This document shows, piece after piece, positions 37,360 through 46,981 of a stretch of DNA of 64,000 bases. This DNA is from Bacteroidales bacterium H4 (lineage in GTDB: Bacteria > Bacillota > Clostridia > Lachnospirales > Lachnospiraceae): assembly GCA_963626805.1 (NCBI GenBank), contig CAVFXS010000063.1:1984-65983 (forward strand), in the 5' to 3' direction. The notes beneath the pieces are model-generated. The model was not told the DNA's origin and did not search any database. It worked only from the letters and a program-made list of their open reading frames with translations. Numbering within the stretch: position 1 is the first letter of the stretch; each line of letters opens with the position of its first letter. The translations under genes and the position numbers were made by a program.

Positions 37360-37758
37360 GTGGATAGAACCGGAAATACAAGTAAGCGTAGAATCGAGGA
37401 TAGAAGCAGGGAGTCGCACAGAAATAGAAATCAGGGGAGCACGATCATAGAGGTAACATTAATTATGAGTCTGGTTCTGGTTGTGATTTTTCTGATACTG
37501 ACCATGCTGCTTGGTGTGTGGAAGCAGGCAGAGGCACATGCAGATATGATGACTGTGGAACAGGACGGGACTGCGCAGCAGGATCATGAGATTTGTACAG
37601 AGGTTGCCGGGGCTCGGATCATGTATTCAAAAAAGGTATGTGTGGAGCTGGTGAGGGGATACGCAGTTAAGAGCAGTGAGTATCAGATTGAGCGAGATAC
37701 AGAGACAGAGCAGCGCTTAAGGAGGTGGCAGTTATTTGGAAACCTGTTATCAGACTGA
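37360..37758 (+). CDS. TadE-like pseudopilin
   Basis: NQG/STIIEVTLIMSLVLVVIFLIL motif preceded by a highly charged leader encoded by a purine-rich repeat region. Confidence 0.6.
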   Translation: MDRTGNTSKRRIEDRSRESHRNRNQGSTIIEVTLIMSLVLVVIFLILTMLLGVWKQAEAHADMMTVEQDGTAQQDHEICTEVAGARIMYSKKVCVELVRGYAVKSSEYQIERDTETEQRLRRWQLFGNLLSD

Positions 37759-39094
37759 AGGTTTTCGGCAGTATATGGTTCTGAAGGGAGAAAGTAAGGA
37801 TGTCGATGACTTTCAATTAAATATGTTGATGCGATATGAAGGAAGTGGATTATTGCCATTAGAAATCCAGGGCTGTGACGGACAGTTTCAGATTGCATAT
37901 GATACCAAGGGGACACAGACATTAGCACAGATGAGTGAAGAGCAGGAGCTTGACTTCCTTGTATTGCGGCAACTGTTTACAGATTTATGGAACTGCTATA
38001 AGGAGATGGAAGAATATCTGCTCCCTTTGGAGGGGATCCTGACAGCGCCGGAGATGATATATTACCATGCCGGAAAAAGGCGGTTTCGGTTCTGCTTTCG
38101 GATGGGAGGTCAGGGGGAGTTTCATGCCTCTTTGATTATGCTGGTGGAGTTCTGCATGAAACACACCCGGCATCAGGATACGGAAGCTGTTATGTATATA
38201 TACGGATTATACCGGCTGTTACAGGAAGAAACAGCCGGTATAGAAGAGGTACAATGCTTTCTGGAGAATATGGAGAAGCAGATGAAGAAGGAACCGGATG
38301 ATACAGGTCTTGTTATGAACACAAAGAGGAGTAATGAGCCGGAAAGAGAAGAAGTCGGAAAAACAGAAGGATCGGATGCAACACAGAGGGCAGAAAGGAC
38401 GGGGGAGATAAGCAGAGAAATCGATGGGAAAAAGGTATGGATATACGGGATACTCACCGGGTTTTCTCTGATTGCTGCTGTCATTTATGCTTTGCGATAC
38501 TGGGTGTTTCTGGGCTATGACCGCGATTGTAAATTTATGATATTCAGTATGATCCTGTTTTCATTTTTCCTTTACAGTACAATAAAACTCCGGTGCAGGC
38601 AGAATAGGCATAAGGCTCAACAGAGGGCAGAGGAGTCCGGAGAAGAAAGACGGGAAAAAGAAAAAACGGGAGAAGGACTTCGTAGATCGGTAGTAGAGAT
38701 AGTGGAGCCATTATCCGGAGAAACCGGTGTAATAGGGAGATTATATGATGGGGAGACAGGGCTGATACAGGTGACCGGGCAGGATGCGTGGCGCCTAAAG
38801 GGAGCGGGAACGCAGGATATTTTGTTGAAGGTACTGCCCGGAATCATTGGTCGATCCAATTTGGCTGAGTACCCATTGGAGGAAACGGGGATCAGTCGGA
38901 AGCACGCTCGTGTATTCCAGCAGGATGGTGAGCTTTATATCGAGGATCTGACATCTACAAACGGCACCTACTGTAATGGCAGACGGATTTCCAGAGGGGA
39001 ACCGGTGCGGCTGGAAGAAGGTAGCAGACTGGTGTTGGGAGCAAACCATTATATTGTTGAAAAGGTAAAGAAACATTATGGGAGCAATGTCTGA
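37736..39094 (+). CDS. FHA-domain membrane protein (DUF6382-like N-terminal domain, TM segments, C-terminal FHA)
   Basis: C-terminus GRSNLAEYPLEETGISRKHARVFQQDGELYIEDLTSTNGTYCNGRRI is a canonical FHA. Two central TM helices. TTG start overlaps the upstream gene. Confidence 0.8.
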   Translation: METCYQTEGFRQYMVLKGESKDVDDFQLNMLMRYEGSGLLPLEIQGCDGQFQIAYDTKGTQTLAQMSEEQELDFLVLRQLFTDLWNCYKEMEEYLLPLEGILTAPEMIYYHAGKRRFRFCFRMGGQGEFHASLIMLVEFCMKHTRHQDTEAVMYIYGLYRLLQEETAGIEEVQCFLENMEKQMKKEPDDTGLVMNTKRSNEPEREEVGKTEGSDATQRAERTGEISREIDGKKVWIYGILTGFSLIAAVIYALRYWVFLGYDRDCKFMIFSMILFSFFLYSTIKLRCRQNRHKAQQRAEESGEERREKEKTGEGLRRSVVEIVEPLSGETGVIGRLYDGETGLIQVTGQDAWRLKGAGTQDILLKVLPGIIGRSNLAEYPLEETGISRKHARVFQQDGELYIEDLTSTNGTYCNGRRISRGEPVRLEEGSRLVLGANHYIVEKVKKHYGSNV

Positions 39095-39220
39095 AAATTA
39101 AGAAAACAATCCGGCGGGGCAGTTGCTTTTATGCCCCCTTTCCGCTATAATAAGATGGAGTGTTTGTGTATTGAAATATGATGATTCATACAGGAAAAGA
39201 AGTACAAAGGAGCGGTTCTG

Positions 39221-40216
39221 GTGAAGATAAACATCTATTATGGCGGACGAGGGCTGATTGAGGATCCTACGTTATATGTCATTGGGAAAATAACAGAAGT
39301 ATTAGAAGAGCTTCGTGTAGATGTGAGAAGATATAATCTGTACGAGGATAAGAATGCGATAGCAACTCTTCCGGCGACATTGAAGGATGCAGATGGAGTA
39401 ATTCTGGCCGTTTCGCTTGAATGGTTTGGAATTGGTGGATATATGCAGCAATTCCTGGATATGTGCTGGTTGTATGGAGACAAAGAGAAGATTGCGACAC
39501 TTTATATGCTTCCTGTTGTTATGGCAACCACATACGGAGAACGGGATGCAGAGACCTCTGTGGTAAAGGCCTGGGAAACGCTTGGAGGAACAGCCTTAAA
39601 AGGCTTGACCGCATATGTGGAAAATCATACGGAGTTTGAGACCTCTGCGACATATCGGACACTGATCGAGAAGCAGGCAGAGAATTTATACCGGGCGATT
39701 CATCAGAAAACACCGGTATTTCCGAATAGTAATGTTGCAGTCAGAGAGAATGTATCACGGACAAAGACCATTGATCTGACTCCACAGGAAAGTGAGCAGC
39801 TGTCCCGATTTGTATCAGATGATGCATATGTAAAGCAGCAGAAGAAGGATATTGAAGAATTATCTGCAATGTTTAAGTCCATGCTGGGGGATGAACCACA
39901 GGAGAAGGAAGGCGAGTTTATCCGGGAATTCCGGACGAACTATTATCCGCTTGCGGATTTTTCGGCGAAGTATATTATTATTATACCGGACCGGGAGTCT
40001 ACCTTATCAATTGAGGTAAATCCGGAGGACATTAAGTGCTGGTATAGTGATGATACGGAAGCAGATGTGGTAATGCGGGCAGAAACGAAGGTATTAAAAG
40101 CAATTTTGCATGGCAAAAATACATTCCAGAGGGCATTTATGTCCGGCGAGATAACAGCGAAGGGGAATTTTAAGACCCTGCGTATGTTAGATCAGATATT
40201 TCGGTTTCGATATTAA
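39221..40216 (+). CDS. Flavodoxin-like fold protein fused to an SCP2 sterol-binding-like domain
   Basis: N-terminus KINIYYGGRG...DGVILAVSLEWFG is flavodoxin-like. C-terminus ...LHGKNTFQRAFMSGEITAKGNFKTLRMLDQIF is SCP2-like. GTG start after AAAGGAG. Confidence 0.55.
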   Translation: MKINIYYGGRGLIEDPTLYVIGKITEVLEELRVDVRRYNLYEDKNAIATLPATLKDADGVILAVSLEWFGIGGYMQQFLDMCWLYGDKEKIATLYMLPVVMATTYGERDAETSVVKAWETLGGTALKGLTAYVENHTEFETSATYRTLIEKQAENLYRAIHQKTPVFPNSNVAVRENVSRTKTIDLTPQESEQLSRFVSDDAYVKQQKKDIEELSAMFKSMLGDEPQEKEGEFIREFRTNYYPLADFSAKYIIIIPDRESTLSIEVNPEDIKCWYSDDTEADVVMRAETKVLKAILHGKNTFQRAFMSGEITAKGNFKTLRMLDQIFRFRY

Positions 40217-40242
40217 CAGTCAGCAGATAGGATGTGAATGAA

Positions 40243-41844
40243 ATGTCATATAAAGCGTTATACCGTAAGTGGAGACCGGATACATTTGAGGAAGTAAAGG
40301 GCCAGGAGCATATTGTAACGACATTGCGGAATCAGATCACGCATGACCGGATCGGACACGCATATTTATTCTGCGGAACAAGAGGTACCGGAAAGACAAC
40401 CGTAGCGAAGCTGTTTGCGAAGGCAGTGAACTGTGAGCATCCGGTAGATGGAAGTCCGTGTGGGGAGTGTGCGAGCTGCAGATCGATTGCAGAAGGCTCG
40501 TCTATGAATGTGATCGAGATCGATGCTGCATCGAACAATGGTGTTGATAATATCCGGGAGATCCGGGATGAGGTGCAGTATTCACCGACTGAAGGAAAGT
40601 ATAAAGTATATATTATAGATGAGGTGCATATGCTCTCAATCGGAGCATTTAATGCACTGTTAAAGACACTGGAGGAGCCGCCGTCTTATGTGATTTTTAT
40701 TCTGGCAACTACAGAATCACATAAGGTTCCGATTACGATTTTATCCCGTTGTCAGAAATATGATTTTCGCCGGATTACGGTTCAGACGATCTCGGATCGG
40801 CTCATGGACCTGATGAACCGGGAAGGTGTATCGGTTGAGAAAAAGGCGATCGATTATATTGCCAAGGTTGCAGACGGTTCCATGCGAGATGCATTGAGTC
40901 TGCTGGATCAGTGCATAGCCTTTTATCTGGGCGAGACCCTGACCTATGAGAAGTGTCTGGATGTACTGGGAGCGGTTGATACAGAGGTATTCATCCGGTT
41001 GTTAAGTACCGTGGAAGAAAAGAATGTAGACGGAGCGATCGCATTAATTAATGAGATTATCTGGCAGGGGCGGGAGCTTGGACAGTTTATTCTTGATTTC
41101 ACATGGTTCATGCGGAACCTGTTACTGTTAAAGAGCTCCGCAAATGCGAGAGATATGTTGGATCTGTCAAAGGAGAATCTGGATGCCATGGAGCAGATGG
41201 CAGAGAAGGTATCTCTGGATGAGCTGATGCGGTACATCCGTATTTTTTCGGAACTTTCGAATAATATTAAATATGCAAGTCAAAAACGGGTAATACTGGA
41301 ATTAGCAGTCATTAAGCTGTGTGTTCCGGAGATGGAACAGAATTATGATTCTATTATCCAGCGTATGGATGATTTAACCAGACGGCTGGATCTGATAGAG
41401 AAGAATCCGCCGAAGCAGGTGGTGGGGAACGTAGTGCAGACAGCAGCGACAGAATCGAATGGTGTCAAAGAGTCATCTGAAGCGGAGCTGGTCAAAGCAC
41501 TTCCGGAAGCAACCCTGCAGGAGCTGAAAAGCATAGCGGCACATCTGCCGGTAGTTTATGAGAAGCTGGAACCGGCACTAAGAACATTATTACAGATGTC
41601 GGATGTGCGGGTGGATAAAGAGCATATGTCAATTGTAATTCTGCTGGATGAGACCAATCAGGGACTTCTGGCAGAAGGTGGAGAAGATCAGGAAGCAATC
41701 CGGGAGGCCTTTGTGCAGGCTTCTGAACGGAATCTGACGGTGGAGTTTCGAAAGAAGTACCAGAACAATGCCGGGCAGCAGGATCTGATCCGATTGAATA
41801 TTTTTGAAGAAATGAATATTCCAGTGGAATATGATGATAATTAG
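40243..41844 (+). CDS. dnaX: DNA polymerase III subunit gamma/tau
   Basis: YRKWRP...F.EV.GQEH, Walker A GTRGTGKTT, zinc module CGECASC, Walker B IIDEVHMLS and SRC sensor motif. Confidence 0.9.
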   Translation: MSYKALYRKWRPDTFEEVKGQEHIVTTLRNQITHDRIGHAYLFCGTRGTGKTTVAKLFAKAVNCEHPVDGSPCGECASCRSIAEGSSMNVIEIDAASNNGVDNIREIRDEVQYSPTEGKYKVYIIDEVHMLSIGAFNALLKTLEEPPSYVIFILATTESHKVPITILSRCQKYDFRRITVQTISDRLMDLMNREGVSVEKKAIDYIAKVADGSMRDALSLLDQCIAFYLGETLTYEKCLDVLGAVDTEVFIRLLSTVEEKNVDGAIALINEIIWQGRELGQFILDFTWFMRNLLLLKSSANARDMLDLSKENLDAMEQMAEKVSLDELMRYIRIFSELSNNIKYASQKRVILELAVIKLCVPEMEQNYDSIIQRMDDLTRRLDLIEKNPPKQVVGNVVQTAATESNGVKESSEAELVKALPEATLQELKSIAAHLPVVYEKLEPALRTLLQMSDVRVDKEHMSIVILLDETNQGLLAEGGEDQEAIREAFVQASERNLTVEFRKKYQNNAGQQDLIRLNIFEEMNIPVEYDDN

Positions 41845-41856
41845 GAGGATGTAAAA

Positions 41857-42213
41857 ATGGCAAAACGTGGTGGTGGATATCCCGGAGGAATGATGCCGGG
41901 AAATATGAACAATCTGATGAAGCAGGCACAGAAGATGCAGAAGCAGATGGAAGAGGCAACAAAGGAGCTGGAAGAGAAGACCTATGAAGCAACTGCAGGC
42001 GGCGGAGTCGTAAAGGTAGTTGTGAATGGTAAGAAAGAGATTCAGTCGATTGAACTGGACGAAGAGGTTGTTGACAAGGATGATATTGAGATGCTGCAGG
42101 ATCTTATTATTGCGGCAGTTAACGAGGCACTCCGGGCACAGGAAGAGGATTCCAATAAGGAGATGTCCAAGATCACAGGTAATATGGGTGGACTGGGAGG
42201 CTTTCCGTTCTAG
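41857..42213 (+). CDS. ybaB: YbaB/EbfC-family nucleoid-associated protein
   Basis: [18 protein letters not shown]...[12 protein letters not shown]... is the canonical family pattern. Sits between dnaX and recR. Confidence 0.9.
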   Translation: MAKRGGGYPGGMMPGNMNNLMKQAQKMQKQMEEATKELEEKTYEATAGGGVVKVVVNGKKEIQSIELDEEVVDKDDIEMLQDLIIAAVNEALRAQEEDSNKEMSKITGNMGGLGGFPF

Positions 42214-42215
42214 TC

Positions 42216-42815
42216 ATGAATTATTATGGTAATGAGATTAATAATTTAATAGAACAGTTATCTCATTTGCCGGGAATTGGCGGTAAGTCAGCACAGCGAC
42301 TGGCATTTCATATTATTGATATGCCGATGGAGCAGGTGGACCAGCTGGCTAATACCATTCAGACGGCAAGGAAGAATGTCAAGTATTGCAGTACCTGTTA
42401 TACCTTGACGGACAAGGAGATATGCCCGATCTGTGCATCGCCGAACCGGGATCACAGCACCATCATGGTGGTGGAGGATACCAGAGATCTGGCCGCGTAT
42501 GAACGTACCGGTCGCTATAATGGTGTTTATCATGTCCTTCATGGAGCACTGGATCCTGCAATGGGGAAAGGACCGGAGGATATCAAATTAAAAGAGCTGC
42601 TGGTGCGTCTGCAGAATGAAGAGGTAGAAGAGCTGATCATAGCAAGCAATTCAGATGTTCCGGGTGAAGCAACGGCTATGTATATCAGTAAGCTGGTGAA
42701 GCCGTCCGGAATCAAAGTCAGCAGGATTGCCAGTGGAGTACCGATTGGCGGAGAGCTGGAATGTATTGATGAAGTAACTCTGTTCCGTGCATTAGAAGGT
42801 AGAGTTTATTTATAA
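42216..42815 (+). CDS. recR: Recombination protein RecR
   Basis: [15 protein letters not shown] helix-hairpin-helix, C4 zinc finger (CSTC...CPIC), and a Toprim domain. Confidence 0.9.
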   Translation: MNYYGNEINNLIEQLSHLPGIGGKSAQRLAFHIIDMPMEQVDQLANTIQTARKNVKYCSTCYTLTDKEICPICASPNRDHSTIMVVEDTRDLAAYERTGRYNGVYHVLHGALDPAMGKGPEDIKLKELLVRLQNEEVEELIIASNSDVPGEATAMYISKLVKPSGIKVSRIASGVPIGGELECIDEVTLFRALEGRVYL

Positions 42816-42841
42816 AACATAAGAAAGAGAAGGTGGTTCGT

Positions 42842-43918
42842 ATGAAGAGAATAGGAATGTTGACCAGTGGTGGAGATTGTCAGGCATTGAACGCAACCAT
42901 GCGGGGAGTTGTCAAGGGATTGTATGGCTCTTTTAAAGATGTGGAGATATACGGGTTTCTGGAAGGCTATAAGGGCTTGATGTATGGGAATTACAAGCAG
43001 TTAAAGGCCGAGGATTTCTCAGGTATTCTGACACAGGGGGGTACGATACTGGGAACCTCCAGACAGCCGTTTAAGTTAATGCGGCAGCCGGATGCCAATG
43101 GCATGGACAAGGTAAAGGCAATGAAGGATACCTATAAAAAGCTGAAGCTGGACTGCCTGGTTGTTCTGGGTGGAAACGGTTCACAGAAGACGGCCAATCT
43201 GTTAAGCGAAGAAGGCTTAAATGTTATCGGATTACCGAAGACCATTGATAATGATTTATGGGGCACAGATATGACATTCGGGTTCCAGAGTGCAGTAGAT
43301 ATTGCTACAGATGCAATTGATTGTATTCATACGACAGCAGCTTCTCATGGCAGGGTCTTTATTGTAGAGATTATGGGACATAAGGTAGGATGGATTACAT
43401 TATATGCCGGTATTGCCGGTGGTGCGGATATTATTTTGATTCCGGAGATTCCATATGATATTAAGAATATCTGCAAGGCCTTAGACAGACGTGCACAGCA
43501 GGGCAAGCGGTTCTCTATTCTGGCAGTTGCAGAGGGTGCTATTTCAAAGGAAGTTGCTTCTCTGCCAAAGAAGGAGCGGAAGGCAATTCTGGAGAATCCG
43601 AAGTATCCGTCTGTAGCATATGAGATCGCAGAACAGATCAAGTCCTATGGTGGACAGGAAGTCCGGGTAACCGTTCCGGGACATACACAGAGAGGTGGAA
43701 GTCCATGTCCATATGACCGTGTTTTATCAAGCCGTTTTGGTGCAAAGGCAGCAGAGCTGATCAAAGAGGGCAAGTATGGAGAGCTTGTTGTATTGAAGAA
43801 TGATGAGGTAACCTCTATTCCGTTGTCTGAATCGGCAGGAAAGTTAAAATATGTTTCGCCGGAGGACAGCATTGTACAGAATGCAAGAATGTTAGGTATT
43901 TCCTTCGGTGACGAATAA
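42842..43918 (+). CDS. pfkA: ATP-dependent 6-phosphofructokinase
   Basis: IGMLTSGGDCQALNA, VLGGNGS, PKTIDNDL, MGHKVGW and GHTQRGG motifs. Confidence 0.9.
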   Translation: MKRIGMLTSGGDCQALNATMRGVVKGLYGSFKDVEIYGFLEGYKGLMYGNYKQLKAEDFSGILTQGGTILGTSRQPFKLMRQPDANGMDKVKAMKDTYKKLKLDCLVVLGGNGSQKTANLLSEEGLNVIGLPKTIDNDLWGTDMTFGFQSAVDIATDAIDCIHTTAASHGRVFIVEIMGHKVGWITLYAGIAGGADIILIPEIPYDIKNICKALDRRAQQGKRFSILAVAEGAISKEVASLPKKERKAILENPKYPSVAYEIAEQIKSYGGQEVRVTVPGHTQRGGSPCPYDRVLSSRFGAKAAELIKEGKYGELVVLKNDEVTSIPLSESAGKLKYVSPEDSIVQNARMLGISFGDE

Positions 43919-44000
43919 GATAAAATAGCAACAAATCACCCTCCATGCATACAATATTCTGTAAGAGATGATTCTGGAATCAGAATGCAGGAGGGTGAAT

Positions 44001-44390
44001 ATGAGTAGTTTTCAGGATTATTTACAGCAGGCATCTCAGAAGCTGTGGCCGGATAAATTCAATCTGGATCAATTAGAAATGTCGGAAGAAGATGCCTATC
44101 AGGATTATGAAAGAATGAAACGCATGTATCCGAGAGAAGCCAGATTTATAGCCGCCATGGTGGAGGATATGTGTGATCAGTTAGAATATGAGGGTAGTCC
44201 GATGTTTGATGAACAGCCGGATGCTGTCAGCATCTATCGGATGGCGGAAGAAGTCTGGATTCGTATGAAAGGACGGGATGCAGGGAGTCCCAAGCCGGAT
44301 GACCCGGTGATACAGCTTTCCCTGATTTTAATATGTAACGAATTTCATATGCGTCGGTGTCGGTATCGACAGAGGAGACGACTTTTTTAG
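44001..44390 (+). CDS. Hypothetical small protein
   Basis: GGAGGG RBS before ATG 44001. No family recognised. Confidence 0.4.
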   Translation: MSSFQDYLQQASQKLWPDKFNLDQLEMSEEDAYQDYERMKRMYPREARFIAAMVEDMCDQLEYEGSPMFDEQPDAVSIYRMAEEVWIRMKGRDAGSPKPDDPVIQLSLILICNEFHMRRCRYRQRRRLF

Positions 44391-44411
44391 GATATATTCG
44401 GGAGCAACGAA

Positions 44412-46934
44412 ATGATAAAGGATATTAGTATAAAGATAGTTGTAGCAGTGCTGGTATTTCTGGCTACAGTATTTTTAGTAAATAAATGGGATAATACAGG
44501 AATGGATGAGGTGTCGGCAGAGATGGATCAGCCTACACTTCCTTTGGTTTATATGGAAGCCGGCAGTAATGAAGTCAATTGTCTGCATGGATACACCTCT
44601 TCCATTGATGCGTCGCTGTTTCATGATTCGATTACACCGATCGGAACAGATCAGACGGTGAACTTTCAGATAGAGACGATCAAAAGTGAAATCGACACGG
44701 TTGGGTATGAGGTAAGAACGGTAGATGGCAGTTCATTGATCGAGAATGGGGAAGTAGACGAGATTCAGGAGGAGAACGGGGTCCAGCATGTAAAGACGAC
44801 ACTGCGTATGAATCTGCAGGAGTTACAGGAGTACACCTTTATTGTCTGTATCACCATGAAGGATGGACGGGAGGTTCGGTATTATACAAGACTGATTCCG
44901 TCAAATCGGCTGTATACCGGTCAGTTTTTACAGTTTGTGAACGAGTTTCATGAAGCAACCTTTAACAAAGAGAGCAAGACGGCTATTACGAAATACATTG
45001 AGCCGAATGACAGTGGAGAGAATGAGAATCTGTCCCATATTGATATCCATTCTAATTATGAATCATTTACATGGGCGAATCTGTCCATGATGCGGATTTC
45101 CAGAATGACACCAACGATCAAAGAGCTGGATGAGAAGAATGCGACCATTGAGTTAAAATATGTCGCTATTTCCGGCGAGGTGGATAATGCACAGTATTAT
45201 AATGTCACAGAGGTATATCGGTTGAAATATGTGGACAGTACCACGATCTATCTAATGGACTTTGACCGTAATGTTGAGACGATATTTGACCGGTTTAATG
45301 TAAACACATTGAAGAACTGGTTTTTCCTTGGAATTTCAAATGCAGATAATTTCCAATATCGGATCAGTGATGAAAATGAAAAGGTTGCATTCGTAAAAGA
45401 AGGACAACTGTGGTATTACGATTATGGTTCTACAACTATGACAAAGGTCTTTGCATTCTGGCAGGATACACCGACCGATATTCGTTCCGCATATGACCAG
45501 CATGGAATTAATATTGTGAAGCTGGATGACGATGGAAATATGGTATTTACGGTATACGGCTATATGAACCGTGGTGAGCATGAGGGTGAGAACGGAATCG
45601 CAGTATATCGGTTCCTGGCCAGCACCAGCCGATTGGAGGAGGTGCTATTTATCTCCTGTGATGAACCATATGAGATTTTGAAAGAGGATGCGTCCAGATT
45701 AACATATTTGAACGATAAGAATGAGTTCTTTTATATGCTGGGTGATAATGTAATGAAGATCGACCTGGCAACCGGAGAATCCAGCTATGTGGTCCAGGGG
45801 ATTCCGAAGGAATATCTGGCAGTCTCTGACAGTGAGTATCTTCTGGCCTATCCAAATGCACCGGTAGACAGAGACAGTACGCAGGTTACGATCATGAATC
45901 TTGAGACCTATGAGGAGCATACTGTAGATGCGGGAAGTGGTCAGAGAATTAAGGCAATCGGTTTTATTGAGAATGATCTGGCATATGGACTTGCCAATGA
46001 ATCGGAAGTGGTATTAAATACAGACGGAAGTACGATATTCCCGATGCATACTTTAAGGATTGCAACTCTGGAGAATCAGGTTGTGAAGGAATATACGAAG
46101 GCCGGCACCTATGTAATGGATGCACGGACCGGTAAGCAGGTCATCCATATGACCAGGGCAACAAAGTCCGGAGATAACTATATTGAGGCACCGGATGACT
46201 TCATTACGTTTAAAGAAGCAGATGGAGACGGCATTCAGGTCAGCTATCAGTATACCTATGATGCATATAATCAGTTATATATGATCTTCCCGAATTATAT
46301 GTATGTGACCTCGGTACCGGAGCTGATCATGACCAAAGAGGTCCTGAACGATGATAATAAGAGCATTGCGGTAGACAGCGGAGAGAAATCCGAACGCTAC
46401 TATGTATATGCGCAGGGAACGATGCAACGGTCGTATTCTACACCGCGTGGTGCGATTCTTGCGGCATATGAGGAAAGCGGTCTGGCACTGGACAGCAGCG
46501 GCAACTGTATCTGGAGGATCAGTGGCTTGCTGGAGTATGCAGAGGTCACGGAAGGTTTACAGGAGATTACATGTGCGACCCCGGCAGAGTCCCTGCAGAA
46601 GTGCATTGAGATGATATTGCAGTATGAGAATGTTGAGATACCGGAAGCTATGGATATGAGCGGAAATGCGAATGATATCCTGCAGCGGTATCTGGATAAA
46701 GCGGGTGTGAATCTGGTGGGCTGTGATGTGGATAATGCATTGTTCTATCTGTGTCAGGGCGCACCGGTAGTGGTGAAGCTGGATGCAGACACCTATGTGC
46801 TGATCATCAGCTATAATGAGACAACTATCCGATATTATAATCCGGTAACCGGTGAGGAAGTACGGGAACTGCGGTATGAACTGGAGAAGACGTTTGCGGA
46901 ACAGGGCAATCAGTTCTTTACGTATGTTCATTAG
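44412..46934 (+). CDS. Large N-terminally membrane-anchored extracytoplasmic protein (840 aa), unknown function
   Basis: One N-terminal TM (IKIVVAVLVFLATVFLV) followed by a long beta-rich region. The C-terminal ~120 aa are faintly reminiscent of papain/C39-like accessory domains; this is not verified. Confidence 0.6.
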   Translation: MIKDISIKIVVAVLVFLATVFLVNKWDNTGMDEVSAEMDQPTLPLVYMEAGSNEVNCLHGYTSSIDASLFHDSITPIGTDQTVNFQIETIKSEIDTVGYEVRTVDGSSLIENGEVDEIQEENGVQHVKTTLRMNLQELQEYTFIVCITMKDGREVRYYTRLIPSNRLYTGQFLQFVNEFHEATFNKESKTAITKYIEPNDSGENENLSHIDIHSNYESFTWANLSMMRISRMTPTIKELDEKNATIELKYVAISGEVDNAQYYNVTEVYRLKYVDSTTIYLMDFDRNVETIFDRFNVNTLKNWFFLGISNADNFQYRISDENEKVAFVKEGQLWYYDYGSTTMTKVFAFWQDTPTDIRSAYDQHGINIVKLDDDGNMVFTVYGYMNRGEHEGENGIAVYRFLASTSRLEEVLFISCDEPYEILKEDASRLTYLNDKNEFFYMLGDNVMKIDLATGESSYVVQGIPKEYLAVSDSEYLLAYPNAPVDRDSTQVTIMNLETYEEHTVDAGSGQRIKAIGFIENDLAYGLANESEVVLNTDGSTIFPMHTLRIATLENQVVKEYTKAGTYVMDARTGKQVIHMTRATKSGDNYIEAPDDFITFKEADGDGIQVSYQYTYDAYNQLYMIFPNYMYVTSVPELIMTKEVLNDDNKSIAVDSGEKSERYYVYAQGTMQRSYSTPRGAILAAYEESGLALDSSGNCIWRISGLLEYAEVTEGLQEITCATPAESLQKCIEMILQYENVEIPEAMDMSGNANDILQRYLDKAGVNLVGCDVDNALFYLCQGAPVVVKLDADTYVLIISYNETTIRYYNPVTGEEVRELRYELEKTFAEQGNQFFTYVH

Positions 46935-46981
46935 GCAGTTGTTTGAATTTGTATAAATATATTTGAAAGAGGAACTTACAG

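Noticed and set aside
37250-37450. 66-aa plus-strand ORF in the purine-rich tract
   Set aside because: It is probably a by-product of a pyrimidine-poor (stop-poor) sequence. It does not continue into any pilin-like motif. It is kept only as part of the repeat-tract finding.
41492-41992. 166-aa minus-strand ORF
   Set aside because: It is antisense to the dnaX 3' end and the ybaB start, and its sequence is Pro/Ser/Leu-rich low complexity.
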